Positions 1 to 8,691 of a DNA stretch of 64,000 bases are shown here, piece after piece. The position numbers were made by a program, and so were the translations under genes. The notes below the pieces were generated by a model. The model was not told where the DNA came from and did no database searches. It was given only the letters and a program-made list of their open reading frames with translations. Numbering within the stretch: position 1 is the first letter of the stretch; each line of letters starts with the position of its first letter. Source of the DNA: Candidatus Curtissbacteria bacterium (lineage in GTDB: Bacteria > Patescibacteriota > Microgenomatia > Curtissbacterales > GWA2-41-24); contig JAUSJC010000010.1 of NCBI GenBank assembly GCA_030647775.1, positions 433,334-497,333 of the forward strand, read 5' to 3'.

Positions 1-134
1 TGTCCTTTGAAAGCAAATTAAATAAATTAGGTTACTCAGAGGTCGTATCCAAGATTATTCCGGTTGTAGTTATGGATAACTATAACGAGGTATTGCAACA
101 ACTGGCCGATAACCAATCAAAACAAAAGGCATGA
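1..134 (+). CDS. 3' end of a CDS that starts upstream of the window (...VVMDNYNEVLQQLADNQSKQKA*); its TGA overlaps the ATG of the next ORF
   Basis: open frame to TGA at 132-134 forming an ATGA overlap with the 131 ORF; too short for the ORF track. Confidence 0.3.
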   Translation, partial: SFESKLNKLGYSEVVSKIIPVVVMDNYNEVLQQLADNQSKQKA

Positions 135-340
135 ATGGCATTATGTTGAAAAAAATTAAAAGTCAGTATATTCACCTAATAATTTCTCTGGTTTGTTTAG
201 TTATTGTCCTCTATTTTGGAATCCTTATTTACAAAGAGTTTAAACCACAAAGTTACGATGCGAAGTATATGCATTGCCTAGAACTTCGAAACGATTTGGG
301 GTTGGGGTTATGCCTTAAGCAATTAGGCTCGAAAAAATAA
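131..340 (+). CDS. small hypothetical membrane protein (one TM helix)
   Basis: 69-aa ORF with a hydrophobic segment LIISLVCLVIVLYFGILIY. Confidence 0.35.
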   Translation: MNGIMLKKIKSQYIHLIISLVCLVIVLYFGILIYKEFKPQSYDAKYMHCLELRNDLGLGLCLKQLGSKK

Positions 341-374
341 AGAGGATTATTTCTCCAAATTAATTACGGATGTT

Positions 375-1004
375 ATGGACAGAAACGGTGATTATTCAGA
401 TTATTTAACAATTATTAAGTTTGCTGTAGAAAATATTTCTAAAGTAAAAAGTGTTGATGGGATAATATCATGTTTTCAAAACTCAATTGAAGACATCACA
501 GACAGAGATGAATTACATATGGCTCAACTTATATCAATGAATATCCCTGGACATGAAAACTATTTATTCAAGTTCAAAGAAAATTGCAGCTCATTTGGTG
601 AATTTAGTGTGGATTTTATTCCTACTAATCCGGAGGAGTTTACGAGAAATGGGATACGAGCTCTAGGGGGTCTAACTACTGAACCTTTATTTGATCAAAA
701 GCAACTCGCAAACTTTCGAGTTCAATTATTTGCAGACGGTTTATTGTCATTTACAAAACTAAGATGTAAAGTGATATTTGACTACATTATTAAGCAGTTT
801 GGTGAACCTAACCAATCTCCAATAGCAAAAGAGCACGCAAAGTTTTTAGAAGAAACCTGTGGAACTGAAATTAACTGCTGGCATTTTCAAAAAGAAGAAA
901 AAGATTACTTAATAACATTCTACTTTTTTAGGGATCCTAATAATATTAGGTCTTATGCTTCATTTTCAATATCGCTAGTCTTTCAAAATAAAGATAGATA
1001 CTAA
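375..1004 (+). CDS. hypothetical protein
   Basis: 209-aa ORF with no recognisable motif; AT-rich accessory context. Confidence 0.5.
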   Translation: MDRNGDYSDYLTIIKFAVENISKVKSVDGIISCFQNSIEDITDRDELHMAQLISMNIPGHENYLFKFKENCSSFGEFSVDFIPTNPEEFTRNGIRALGGLTTEPLFDQKQLANFRVQLFADGLLSFTKLRCKVIFDYIIKQFGEPNQSPIAKEHAKFLEETCGTEINCWHFQKEEKDYLITFYFFRDPNNIRSYASFSISLVFQNKDRY

Positions 1005-1055
1005 TTAAGCTCTGCTTTGAATTTTGGACTAAAATGATAAAAGATTAAGATAAAG

Positions 1056-1631
1056 ATGGACAAAACTTCTAAAACTCCCCTCCAGTACTTCGCTTTTACT
1101 AAAAATAACAAGCCCGATGGGAAATACTTGGCTATTGAAGTTTGGCCAGATGGATCTCCGAATAGAGTGAAAGGACGATACCTAGAGATAGATGCAAACA
1201 CTTTTTCTACAGACGAGACGAAATTAGACAGCCTCATTGCATATTGGGAAAAGGTAGCAAGTGATGAGGGATTTGAAAAGCCAATGATTACCATTCAGGC
1301 AGACTTTGGAATTGGCAGTGAGCTTGCCTACGCTTATACGGACGGTAGAGAAGAAGTGCCGCCAAATGCTAAGTCATATACTATCAAACCCCGATTTGAC
1401 AAAAATATCTTTCTGATGAGAACCGGAGGAGACGGTAAATCTCTTGTATACAGCAGCCCGCTCGACTCACCGACCATACGGGAAGAAATCTCTAACTTCA
1501 ACAAATTATTGGTGCAGTTTTTCAATGGAGCCTTTTATGAGGTGCTTACGGAATACTCGGACAGAGATATGGGGTGGGAACTGCTTAATGATCTTGTGAT
1601 TGATAACGCAAAACTTAGATCACCCAAATAA
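1056..1631 (+). CDS. hypothetical protein, translationally coupled to the downstream PP2C phosphatase
   Basis: 191-aa ORF; stop TAA overlaps the ATG of the next gene (TAATG at 1629-1633). Confidence 0.55.
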   Translation: MDKTSKTPLQYFAFTKNNKPDGKYLAIEVWPDGSPNRVKGRYLEIDANTFSTDETKLDSLIAYWEKVASDEGFEKPMITIQADFGIGSELAYAYTDGREEVPPNAKSYTIKPRFDKNIFLMRTGGDGKSLVYSSPLDSPTIREEISNFNKLLVQFFNGAFYEVLTEYSDRDMGWELLNDLVIDNAKLRSPK

Positions 1632-2422
1632 TGAACCCCAATCGTAGTAATAGTCCGGGGGAAATCTCCTTTAGGTATTCTGGACGATCTATTCCAAGTA
1701 TTGAGCATCCGGACCGGAATGAAGATTCAATCGCTTATGATCCTGAAGGAAGCTGGGCGGCTGTACTGGATGGTTTAGGTGGGACAAAGGCGGGTAAAGA
1801 AGCTAGCAACAAGGCACTGGAGGTAATAAAACTTAGACTCGAAGGCTGGAAACTAGAGGATGACCTTAAGGTTGAAGAGAACCTCAAAACAATGGTTAAA
1901 AAGGCTTCTTTGGCAGTAAGTAGGCAAGTTCCGGATGGATTAACTACAGCAGTTATTACCAAAATAGTTAGCCTTGAGGGTCAGAAGATCTTTTTTATAT
2001 CCAGCGTTGGTGACTCTAGGGTTTATTTATTTAGGAAAGGAACTCTGATCAAAATTACTCACGATGACAGTATTGTTCCCAACCGGATAGCCCAAAAACT
2101 CGAAAATGCTACTTCTGCTGACGAACTAAGCGAATTGGAAGGTAAGGCATTTTTGCTACGAAGCATTGTTACTCAATCTGTCGGTCAACTTGAAGAATTG
2201 GAAGTTCATGGTTATTCGGTAATTGCGATGATCGGCGATAAGTTGATCCTGACTTCTGATGGCATCCACGATAACTTAACCTTTAACGAAATAGAAGAAG
2301 TCGTTGGACACAGCGGTGATGTGGCTAAATTACTGGTTGAGGCGGCAAGCAAAAGATCCAAAGAAAATCATTTCAGGTCAAAGCCTGATGATATATCAGC
2401 CATTGTTATTGAGGCGTATTAA
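1631..2422 (+). CDS. PP2C-family Ser/Thr protein phosphatase
   Basis: motifs AAVLDGLGGTKAG (PP2C DGxGG), ISSVGDSRVYLF, LTSDGIHDNL. Confidence 0.8.
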   Translation: MNPNRSNSPGEISFRYSGRSIPSIEHPDRNEDSIAYDPEGSWAAVLDGLGGTKAGKEASNKALEVIKLRLEGWKLEDDLKVEENLKTMVKKASLAVSRQVPDGLTTAVITKIVSLEGQKIFFISSVGDSRVYLFRKGTLIKITHDDSIVPNRIAQKLENATSADELSELEGKAFLLRSIVTQSVGQLEELEVHGYSVIAMIGDKLILTSDGIHDNLTFNEIEEVVGHSGDVAKLLVEAASKRSKENHFRSKPDDISAIVIEAY

Positions 2423-2442
2423 ATCCTCCGGGTCATGGAATT

Positions 2443-2928
2443 TCATTTTGATTCCGGAAGGATTTCATTCAGACGGGCTAGTGCTGCCTCTACCGCCTCA
2501 TTAAGACTATCGTTGACCTTTTCTGCCTTATATCTACCTCTAAGTTTATAAGTCATATCAATCGCATCTTTTCTGACTTTATTATTGGGAAGGCTAAAAT
2601 AGGCTCTAGCCGATTGTTGGTTACGTTGGATTTGAATTAACTTTGCATCGGGGATTTTCCTTACTACGAACTCGATTTCTTTGTCTGTCATATCATTGGG
2701 AAAAATAAATTTGTCTATCTCCGAAGAATTAAGAAGTTGCCCATGTTTTTTAAGCACATCTTCTTCCGGTAAGTATTTTTCCATCAACGGCTGCCATCCT
2801 TTACTTCTGGTTAATTTCTGGGGGTTTTTAGCACTCGCCTTGGAATATCCGGCGTCGATCATAGATTTGCTGACATTTCCACCATTTTCCACCAATTTTG
2901 TAGCTGCTAATTTTTGCTTGGTGGTCAT
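2443..2928 (-). CDS. phage terminase small-subunit-like HTH protein (TerS-like); the full-length copy
   Basis: N-terminus MTTKQKLAATKLVENGGNVSKSMIDAGYSKASAK matches the TerS HTH pattern (KQ..F...Y...GN...A...AGYS); the ORF could extend to 2964 if the upstream Met is used. Confidence 0.6.
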   Translation of the reverse strand: MTTKQKLAATKLVENGGNVSKSMIDAGYSKASAKNPQKLTRSKGWQPLMEKYLPEEDVLKKHGQLLNSSEIDKFIFPNDMTDKEIEFVVRKIPDAKLIQIQRNQQSARAYFSLPNNKVRKDAIDMTYKLRGRYKAEKVNDSLNEAVEAALARLNEILPESK

Positions 2929-3029
2929 TTTTTGCGATTCTTTCCGATAAAAAAAGCGACTCACATAAAGATTCGATCTACATCTTCATATGAACCGCGC
3001 CGGTTTTTCCGTTAAGCGATACGATTTAA

Positions 3030-3458
3030 TTATAACATTGGCTCTGGCAATTTCCTTACCATTTTTTCAATTTCAGCTACAACTTCATCGGCAAACTTGT
3101 CTAAAAACTGATAGTCTTTAAGAATTGCCCTTTTAACTCCTCTTTGCTTCGCCTGTTCGTTAAATTCCGGCACAGATGAAATTGCAATAACTTTGTCTCC
3201 TCCAAACCTTTCTATATCAAAAACGTGGAACGAGCCGCCGAGCTTACAATCTCTGTCCAAAAGGACAATATCAAATTCAGCTTTGGGGTTACTGTTGACA
3301 TAATTTTCGACTTGGGTGTAGTCAGACAAGCTAATTATGCAGAACTCGTACGGCTGGTCGCCTTCGAGCCGTGAGAGCCTCCCCAAGAGCTTTGAAAGGG
3401 TCAGTAGGTCATCTTCTAAGATCAGAACCTTTTTACTTAATATCATGGAAAAATACAA
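3030..3458 (-). CDS. standalone CheY-like response-regulator receiver domain protein
   Basis: KVLILEDDLL ... DIVLLDRDCKLGG ... KVIAISSV has receiver-domain architecture with no output domain. Confidence 0.55.
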   Translation of the reverse strand: MYFSMILSKKVLILEDDLLTLSKLLGRLSRLEGDQPYEFCIISLSDYTQVENYVNSNPKAEFDIVLLDRDCKLGGSFHVFDIERFGGDKVIAISSVPEFNEQAKQRGVKRAILKDYQFLDKFADEVVAEIEKMVRKLPEPML

Positions 3459-3487
3459 ACGTTTGCTCCATAGATTTGAAAGATTAC

Positions 3488-3961
3488 TTATTTTTCTAGT
3501 TCTTCTATACGTGACTTACTAAGTTTCCAAAGTTTTTTATCAACTAGATAGCCGTTTTGCATTTGAGTTTCTTGATAGTCTTTAAGAGTGAGAATCCTTG
3601 CCTCTCGCCATTTTTTGTTGCTAAATTTTGTTAAAGCTTCTTTGATCGCTTCATCATCGCTTGGGTATTGGATGAGCATAATTTCAGTTTCCTCAAGAAG
3701 TTTCACGTTATCATGCAATCCTTGTTCATAATAGTAGGCTTCCATTTTGTTAAGTGCCCCCTGCAATATACCTTTAGGGTATGGCAATATTGATTCAGGA
3801 ATATTTATGTCAAAAAGCATTCTTACCCCTCCACTATGTTCAAGATGCACTCCCCATATTGAGACAATATTTTGTGCTTCTTCTAGGGTTAACTTTTCAG
3901 CAATATGCTTTGATCGCATTTCGTCAAGTTCTTCTGCTCTTTTCATTAAATCGACACTCAT
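3488..3961 (-). CDS. hypothetical protein
   Basis: 157-aa ORF co-oriented with the receiver gene; no recognisable motif. Confidence 0.5.
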   Translation of the reverse strand: MSVDLMKRAEELDEMRSKHIAEKLTLEEAQNIVSIWGVHLEHSGGVRMLFDINIPESILPYPKGILQGALNKMEAYYYEQGLHDNVKLLEETEIMLIQYPSDDEAIKEALTKFSNKKWREARILTLKDYQETQMQNGYLVDKKLWKLSKSRIEELEK

Positions 3962-4038
3962 ATTTTCACTATTGCATAGTAGTTACAGCAAGACAAGTTG
4001 CTTTCTAATATTATCTATTACTCAACATTTTTGAAACT

Positions 4039-4213
4039 TTAGGATTCTTTGAGATGGACTATTTTCGTGTCTAGCCGGTTTTCATTATAAGTGGGTTGTG
4101 TGTTCAGTGGGTGGGATTCGATTACACCTTTTAAATCATCCACGACCAAATGAGTATATTTTAAAGTGGTATTTAGGTTCGAATGTCCATCAATTCTCGC
4201 CAGCCTTTACTTT
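4039..4213 (-). pseudogene. 3'-terminal fragment (about last 58 codons) of a tyrosine integrase gene paralogous to 7625-8650
   Basis: minus-strand translation ...GHSNLNTTLKYTHLVVDDLKGVIESHPLN... parallels the intact integrase C-terminus VGHSSLNTTLKYTHLVVDDLKGVMENHPLN; nucleotide similarity of 4125-4213 to 7705-7795. Confidence 0.7.
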
Positions 4214-4337
4214 CAGTCAATTTTTGAGGGGTTTTAGCAGTATTTTTAGAATAACCGGCAGACTTCATCGCTTCACCGATATTTCCACCATTTTCCACCA
4301 ATTTTGAAGCTGCCAATTTTTGTTTAAAAGTAGCCAT
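4173..4337 (-). pseudogene. truncated 5' fragment (about 55 codons) of a second TerS-like HTH gene, fused out of frame to the integrase fragment
   Basis: MATFKQKLAASKLVENGGNIGEAMKSAGYSKNTAKTPQKLTESKGW..; 4205-4337 is about 80 percent identical to 2800-2930; the reading frame then runs into integrase-derived sequence and stops. Confidence 0.7.
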
Positions 4338-4419
4338 ATCTTTATTATCCCACAGTCCACGGTTATTAGATAAGTTTACCTGGTGATATAATTTCCAGGC
4401 GAAGTAGCGGAATAAATTT

Positions 4420-6180
4420 ATGAAAATTAGAAGTCTCACAATATCGCACTTTCGAGGAATACAAAGCCTGGAATGGAAACCAGCTAAGGATCTGATTTGT
4501 TTGATAGGCCCCGGCAACAGCACTAAAACAACCGTTCTCGACGCTATAAGCATGGCTCTCACTCCTCACTTCTCGGTTAATTTAACAGATGCCGATTTCT
4601 TCAACTGTGATGTCTCCCAAGGAATACAAATCGACGTAGTATTATCCAATATACCTGACGAGCTTCTTAGTTTCGACAATTTAGGTGGCATGATTTGTGG
4701 TGTGAAAGACAATGGTGAGGTTGTTCCAGACCCAATTCAGAACACAGAAAAGGCGATAATAGTGCGATTTAGGGCTGATTCGAGTTTAGAGCCAGTTTGG
4801 GAAGCATACAAACCAGACTCAGAGCTGCCTCCTCTTAGGCTTAGTTCTAGCATGCGAGCAAGCTTTGGACTATTTAGATTGGACGAACGGGTAGATGTGC
4901 ATATGCGTTGGAGTCGAGGGTCTGCACTAGCATTGCTTACAAGCGGTACGGATGCAACGGCTTCTGTAATCGCCCAGGCAAGACGGGCAGCACGAGCAGC
5001 AGTTTTTGGTATCAGTGACGAAGGACTTCGGTCGACAACTCAAATTGTGACAGAAGCAGCTCGTAAATTTGGTGCTACTAATTACACAGAACTTCGTCCT
5101 GGAATAGATCCAGCAAGCTTGAATAATGGCTATGGCTTGACACTCCATGATGGTGAAATTCCGGTGACGAATGAAGGGCTCGGGGTTCGACGACTAACAA
5201 GCTTAGCTATCCAAGATGCAGGAGCGACCAACGCCTCAATTGTTTTAATTGACGAAATAGAGCTAGGTTTAGAGCCTCATCGTCTATTGCACTTGATAAA
5301 CATTTTAAGAAAAAAGGTTGATGGGAACTGCCAAGTTATTTTAACCAGCCATTCCCCGCTAGTAGTGGAATCCTTAGGGACAAATATAGCAAGGGTAATG
5401 AGTCAAGGCTCTACAACGACAATTAAAGAAATTCCAGAAGAAGTTGCCAGTCTGGACTCTGACGCCATGCAAAAGATGATCAGATCAGGACCATCAGCCA
5501 TGCTTGCAACAAGAGTAATTGTGGTCGAGGGGACGACAGAAATGGGCATAATGCGAGCCTATTGTAGGGACTGGGATCGGGAACGAGAGCAAAACAATCG
5601 GAACCCGCTAGCAATTATTGGAACTGCTATTAGGAACGGGCAAGGTGATGATGTATGTCTCAAAAGAGCAGAAAGTCTTGCAAAGCTGGAATATGCGGTC
5701 ATGGCAGTCTTGGATAGTGACAAGCCCCTCCTAGCTGAGGAGCAGGCAGCGATAAGTGCAGGAGCCTCTGTCGTAAGGTGGGGGAATGGAATGGCTATAG
5801 AAGAAAAAATTGCAAGTGAAATTCCTGAAGACAAGCTCTCCGACCTGGTTACGCTCGCAGTTCAATTCAATACTACAGAAAACCCTTCAGAATCAGTGTT
5901 GGGAGCAATATCTGCCCAAATGCCAGGTAGTCCTACTCTTAGTAGTGCTAACCCAACAGACTGGACTGCTCCAATGGCCGACATCCGGGAAGCAATTGGA
6001 AAGGCTGCAAAAAGAAACAAGTGGTTTAAAGTCGAGGATAAGGGAGAAAAATTGGGCGAATTGCTTATTGAATCAATGGCTGATATGCAGGGAACAGATT
6101 TGGCAAAAAAGATGAACCTCATACGAAATTTTGCCTACACAGAAGTAGACCCACAGGAAGCAGAGGGCGAGGATGGATGA
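4420..6180 (+). CDS. gajA: OLD-family ATP-dependent nuclease (N-terminal ABC-type ATPase plus C-terminal Toprim), GajA-like
   Basis: Walker A region LIGPGNSTKTTVLDAI; Walker B IVLIDEIELGLEPHR; Toprim glutamate VIVVEGTTEMGIM and DxD in AVLDSDKP; 586 aa; overlaps the downstream helicase gene. Confidence 0.75.
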   Translation: MKIRSLTISHFRGIQSLEWKPAKDLICLIGPGNSTKTTVLDAISMALTPHFSVNLTDADFFNCDVSQGIQIDVVLSNIPDELLSFDNLGGMICGVKDNGEVVPDPIQNTEKAIIVRFRADSSLEPVWEAYKPDSELPPLRLSSSMRASFGLFRLDERVDVHMRWSRGSALALLTSGTDATASVIAQARRAARAAVFGISDEGLRSTTQIVTEAARKFGATNYTELRPGIDPASLNNGYGLTLHDGEIPVTNEGLGVRRLTSLAIQDAGATNASIVLIDEIELGLEPHRLLHLINILRKKVDGNCQVILTSHSPLVVESLGTNIARVMSQGSTTTIKEIPEEVASLDSDAMQKMIRSGPSAMLATRVIVVEGTTEMGIMRAYCRDWDREREQNNRNPLAIIGTAIRNGQGDDVCLKRAESLAKLEYAVMAVLDSDKPLLAEEQAAISAGASVVRWGNGMAIEEKIASEIPEDKLSDLVTLAVQFNTTENPSESVLGAISAQMPGSPTLSSANPTDWTAPMADIREAIGKAAKRNKWFKVEDKGEKLGELLIESMADMQGTDLAKKMNLIRNFAYTEVDPQEAEGEDG

Positions 6181-7594
6181 AGATTCTGGGCCAAACCCAA
6201 GCAGACTCCTATCAGACCTGCCTTGGTCTATTGTGCTACCCGCTGGTTGTGGTAAGACTCAACTAATTGTTGGAATTGCCGCTGCGACACCTACGGGCTC
6301 TAAGCCTCTTTTAATATTAACGCACACTAACGCAGGAGTTGATGCTCTTCGCAGCCGATTACGGAGACTAGGTGTTGAGCCCAAAAAGTATGATTTGCTC
6401 ACTATAGATAGTTGGGCCAAATTTCTTTCTGGCCACTTCCGTGTTTTGGCAACTAGTAACGACTCCTTAGCGGTAAATGAGGGCGATTGGTCATCAATAC
6501 GTGCAGGAGCCTTAAAAGTTATCGAGTCTGAACATATAGCAGATTTAATAAGAGCAAGCTATTCAGCTTCAATAGTAGATGAGTATCAAGATTGCGATCC
6601 AAGCCAACATGCCATAATTTCCAAGCTAAAAGAATATATACCAGTTGGTGTGCTTGGAGACCCCCTTCAGGGGATCTTTGAATTTGGCAGTTCAAGTGTG
6701 GTGGATTGGGACGCGGTAGAAGCTATTTTTCCAACAAAAAGCCTAGAGATAAAACCCTATCGCTGGATTGAGCGTAATCCTGAGTTAGGAGAGAGTCTGC
6801 TCGCAATACGAAAAAGATTATTGAAATCACAGCCAATCGATTTGTCACAGGAGGAAAAAATAAATTGGATTGAGGCCTCACCGAAGAACCAAAGAGATGT
6901 CTGCTTTGAGGCTCTTCATCGAGAAGGAAAGGTGATCGCCCTCCATCAGCAAGCCAATCAATGTTATAGCTTAGGAAGAAACCTCAAAGGGTGTTTTGGA
7001 GTAATGGAGGAGATTCAGTGCAGGATTGTAAGAGATTTTATAAAAATAGTTGATGAAGGAGACTCTGGCAAAATTGCATCAGCAACATTAAAGTTTGCTC
7101 GTGATTGTTGCATAGGTATTGGCAATCCTCTTGATAAAAAGTGCGAAACGGATTATTCAAATAAAATAAAAAGGAAATTTCAAAAAGGAAGTAAGCCAAG
7201 CGCCTCCATATCTGCCTTGAACGACATAGTTGACAATCCTAGCACGAGAAACATACGCATAGCCCTCAAAGCTTTAAGAGACATAGGGGAAGTTTTTCGC
7301 CGCGAAGCCTGGGTTATCTGCGTTAAAGTGCTTGAAGCGATGGAATTAAATCCGGAGAAAACTGGAATGGAAATATTAGACAAAATCCGAGGGCGAACTC
7401 GATTTATCGGGCGCTTTGAAAGGAAACGATTACTTTCCAGAACTTTACTCGTAAAAGGTCTAGAATATGACGAATGTATTGTTTTGAATGCCGATGGAAT
7501 GAACGCCCGTAATTTGTATGTTGCTCTAACACGGGGCATAGATAAGGTTACAGTGCTTAGTTCTAGCCCAGTCATCACACCCACAGGCTTCTAA
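6173..7594 (+). CDS. gajB: UvrD/PcrA-like superfamily-1 helicase, GajB-like
   Basis: Walker A LPAGCGKTQ; motif II IVDEYQDCDPSQ; 473 aa; 8-nt overlap with the OLD nuclease gene (translational coupling). Confidence 0.7.
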   Translation: MDEDSGPNPSRLLSDLPWSIVLPAGCGKTQLIVGIAAATPTGSKPLLILTHTNAGVDALRSRLRRLGVEPKKYDLLTIDSWAKFLSGHFRVLATSNDSLAVNEGDWSSIRAGALKVIESEHIADLIRASYSASIVDEYQDCDPSQHAIISKLKEYIPVGVLGDPLQGIFEFGSSSVVDWDAVEAIFPTKSLEIKPYRWIERNPELGESLLAIRKRLLKSQPIDLSQEEKINWIEASPKNQRDVCFEALHREGKVIALHQQANQCYSLGRNLKGCFGVMEEIQCRIVRDFIKIVDEGDSGKIASATLKFARDCCIGIGNPLDKKCETDYSNKIKRKFQKGSKPSASISALNDIVDNPSTRNIRIALKALRDIGEVFRREAWVICVKVLEAMELNPEKTGMEILDKIRGRTRFIGRFERKRLLSRTLLVKGLEYDECIVLNADGMNARNLYVALTRGIDKVTVLSSSPVITPTGF

Positions 7595-7624
7595 GTTTTT
7601 GTCTTGATTAAACTTTGTCAAACA

Positions 7625-8650
7625 CTAGTTAATCGTAAAATCGGGAACTTGCAGATTTTCCGCGCTCTCTGGCTTTTTAGCCACATTTAGAGGATGGTTT
7701 TCCATTACCCCTTTTAAATCATCAACCACCAAGTGTGTATATTTTAAAGTGGTATTAAGGCTCGAGTGGCCAACAATCCTTGCTACCTTTAGTGCCGGAG
7801 CTTCTGCTCTTATCAATTCCGTAATAAAACAGTGGCGCAGAAGGTGTAAATGTACCCGTTTCTTAATACCAAGGATTTTTGCCCGTGTTTTAAGTTCGTT
7901 TATGAAGGAGTGGGCAGCAATACGTTTGCTATCCTTAAAAAATGATTTGAAAAGGGGATCTTCCGGTTTAGCCTTTCTTATACTAAGCCACTCTTCTAAC
8001 CTTAAGCCTAAATCGGTAGGTAGGGGCACTAGTCTTGGTTTATTAAATTTGGCGTGTCGTATACGGATAACCATGTCGCCAAAATCAACATCCCCGACAT
8101 CAATAGCCACGGCTTCTGACCGTCTAAGCCCAGTACACGCCACCAACTCAATAAAAAAGTCGTAATATGCCCGATCAAGATACATGTGGCATTTATCATA
8201 GTTTCGTGGGCAGTTAATAATAGCCCTAATTTCATCTACAGTTAGCAGATCCGGGAAGAACGGATCGCTTCTGTTAGCTTTAATACAATATGAAATGTCG
8301 TCCGGCAAAAATCCCTCTTCCAGCCACAACCAACGCAAAAACTGCTTTGTGGATGAAATAATCGAGTTCACCGAAGCCGTAGTAAGACCCTTTTTCTTTC
8401 CCAAGCCGTTGGTTGATTTAGATTTCTGGTCTTTGCAAAAAAGGATGTAATCTCTGGCGGTATCTTTGTTTATTGGTTTCCCATCTATAAAAATAGGAAA
8501 TCGGCGCAAATTGTACCAATTTCGTTGGATTGTCTTTTCTGAAAGCCCTCTATAGCGGTAAAAATCGCCAAATTTGGCAAGAAATCGCTCCATTTGGGAT
8601 TTTTTTACTATTTTGCCCCTTTTACTTGTGTATGACATATAATAAACCAA
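7625..8650 (-). CDS. int: tyrosine site-specific recombinase / phage integrase
   Basis: C-terminal catalytic region HLHLLRHCFITELIRAEAPALKVARIVGHSSLNTTLKYTHL (R..HxxR..Y signature); N-terminal SAM-like domain. Confidence 0.85.
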   Translation of the reverse strand: MVYYMSYTSKRGKIVKKSQMERFLAKFGDFYRYRGLSEKTIQRNWYNLRRFPIFIDGKPINKDTARDYILFCKDQKSKSTNGLGKKKGLTTASVNSIISSTKQFLRWLWLEEGFLPDDISYCIKANRSDPFFPDLLTVDEIRAIINCPRNYDKCHMYLDRAYYDFFIELVACTGLRRSEAVAIDVGDVDFGDMVIRIRHAKFNKPRLVPLPTDLGLRLEEWLSIRKAKPEDPLFKSFFKDSKRIAAHSFINELKTRAKILGIKKRVHLHLLRHCFITELIRAEAPALKVARIVGHSSLNTTLKYTHLVVDDLKGVMENHPLNVAKKPESAENLQVPDFTIN

Positions 8651-8691
8651 GCATTTTGGCCACTTTTGCAGACCAAAACGTTTTAATTAGT

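Noticed and set aside
1001-1294. Antisense and overlapping short ORFs from the six-frame track (for example 1001-1294 -, 1735-1962 -, 5559-5834 -, 41142-42147 -, 45108-45545 -)
   Set aside because: They are embedded in or antisense to strongly supported genes, have low-complexity composition, and have no motifs. They were treated as non-coding.
4420-6180. The 586-aa ATPase as a RecF/SbcC/SMC-type protein or a PARIS AriA
   Set aside because: The C-terminal VVEG...DSD Toprim-like signature within the same polypeptide and the immediately coupled UvrD-like helicase fit the OLD/Gabija architecture. AriA lacks a Toprim domain, and AriB is a separate DUF4435 protein.
8530-8691. Upstream extension of the GT4 ORF overlapping the integrase gene by 120 nt
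   Set aside because: The conserved GT4 N-terminus (KVALVHDDF) begins right after the Met at 8692. The extension overlaps the integrase N-terminus on the opposite strand.
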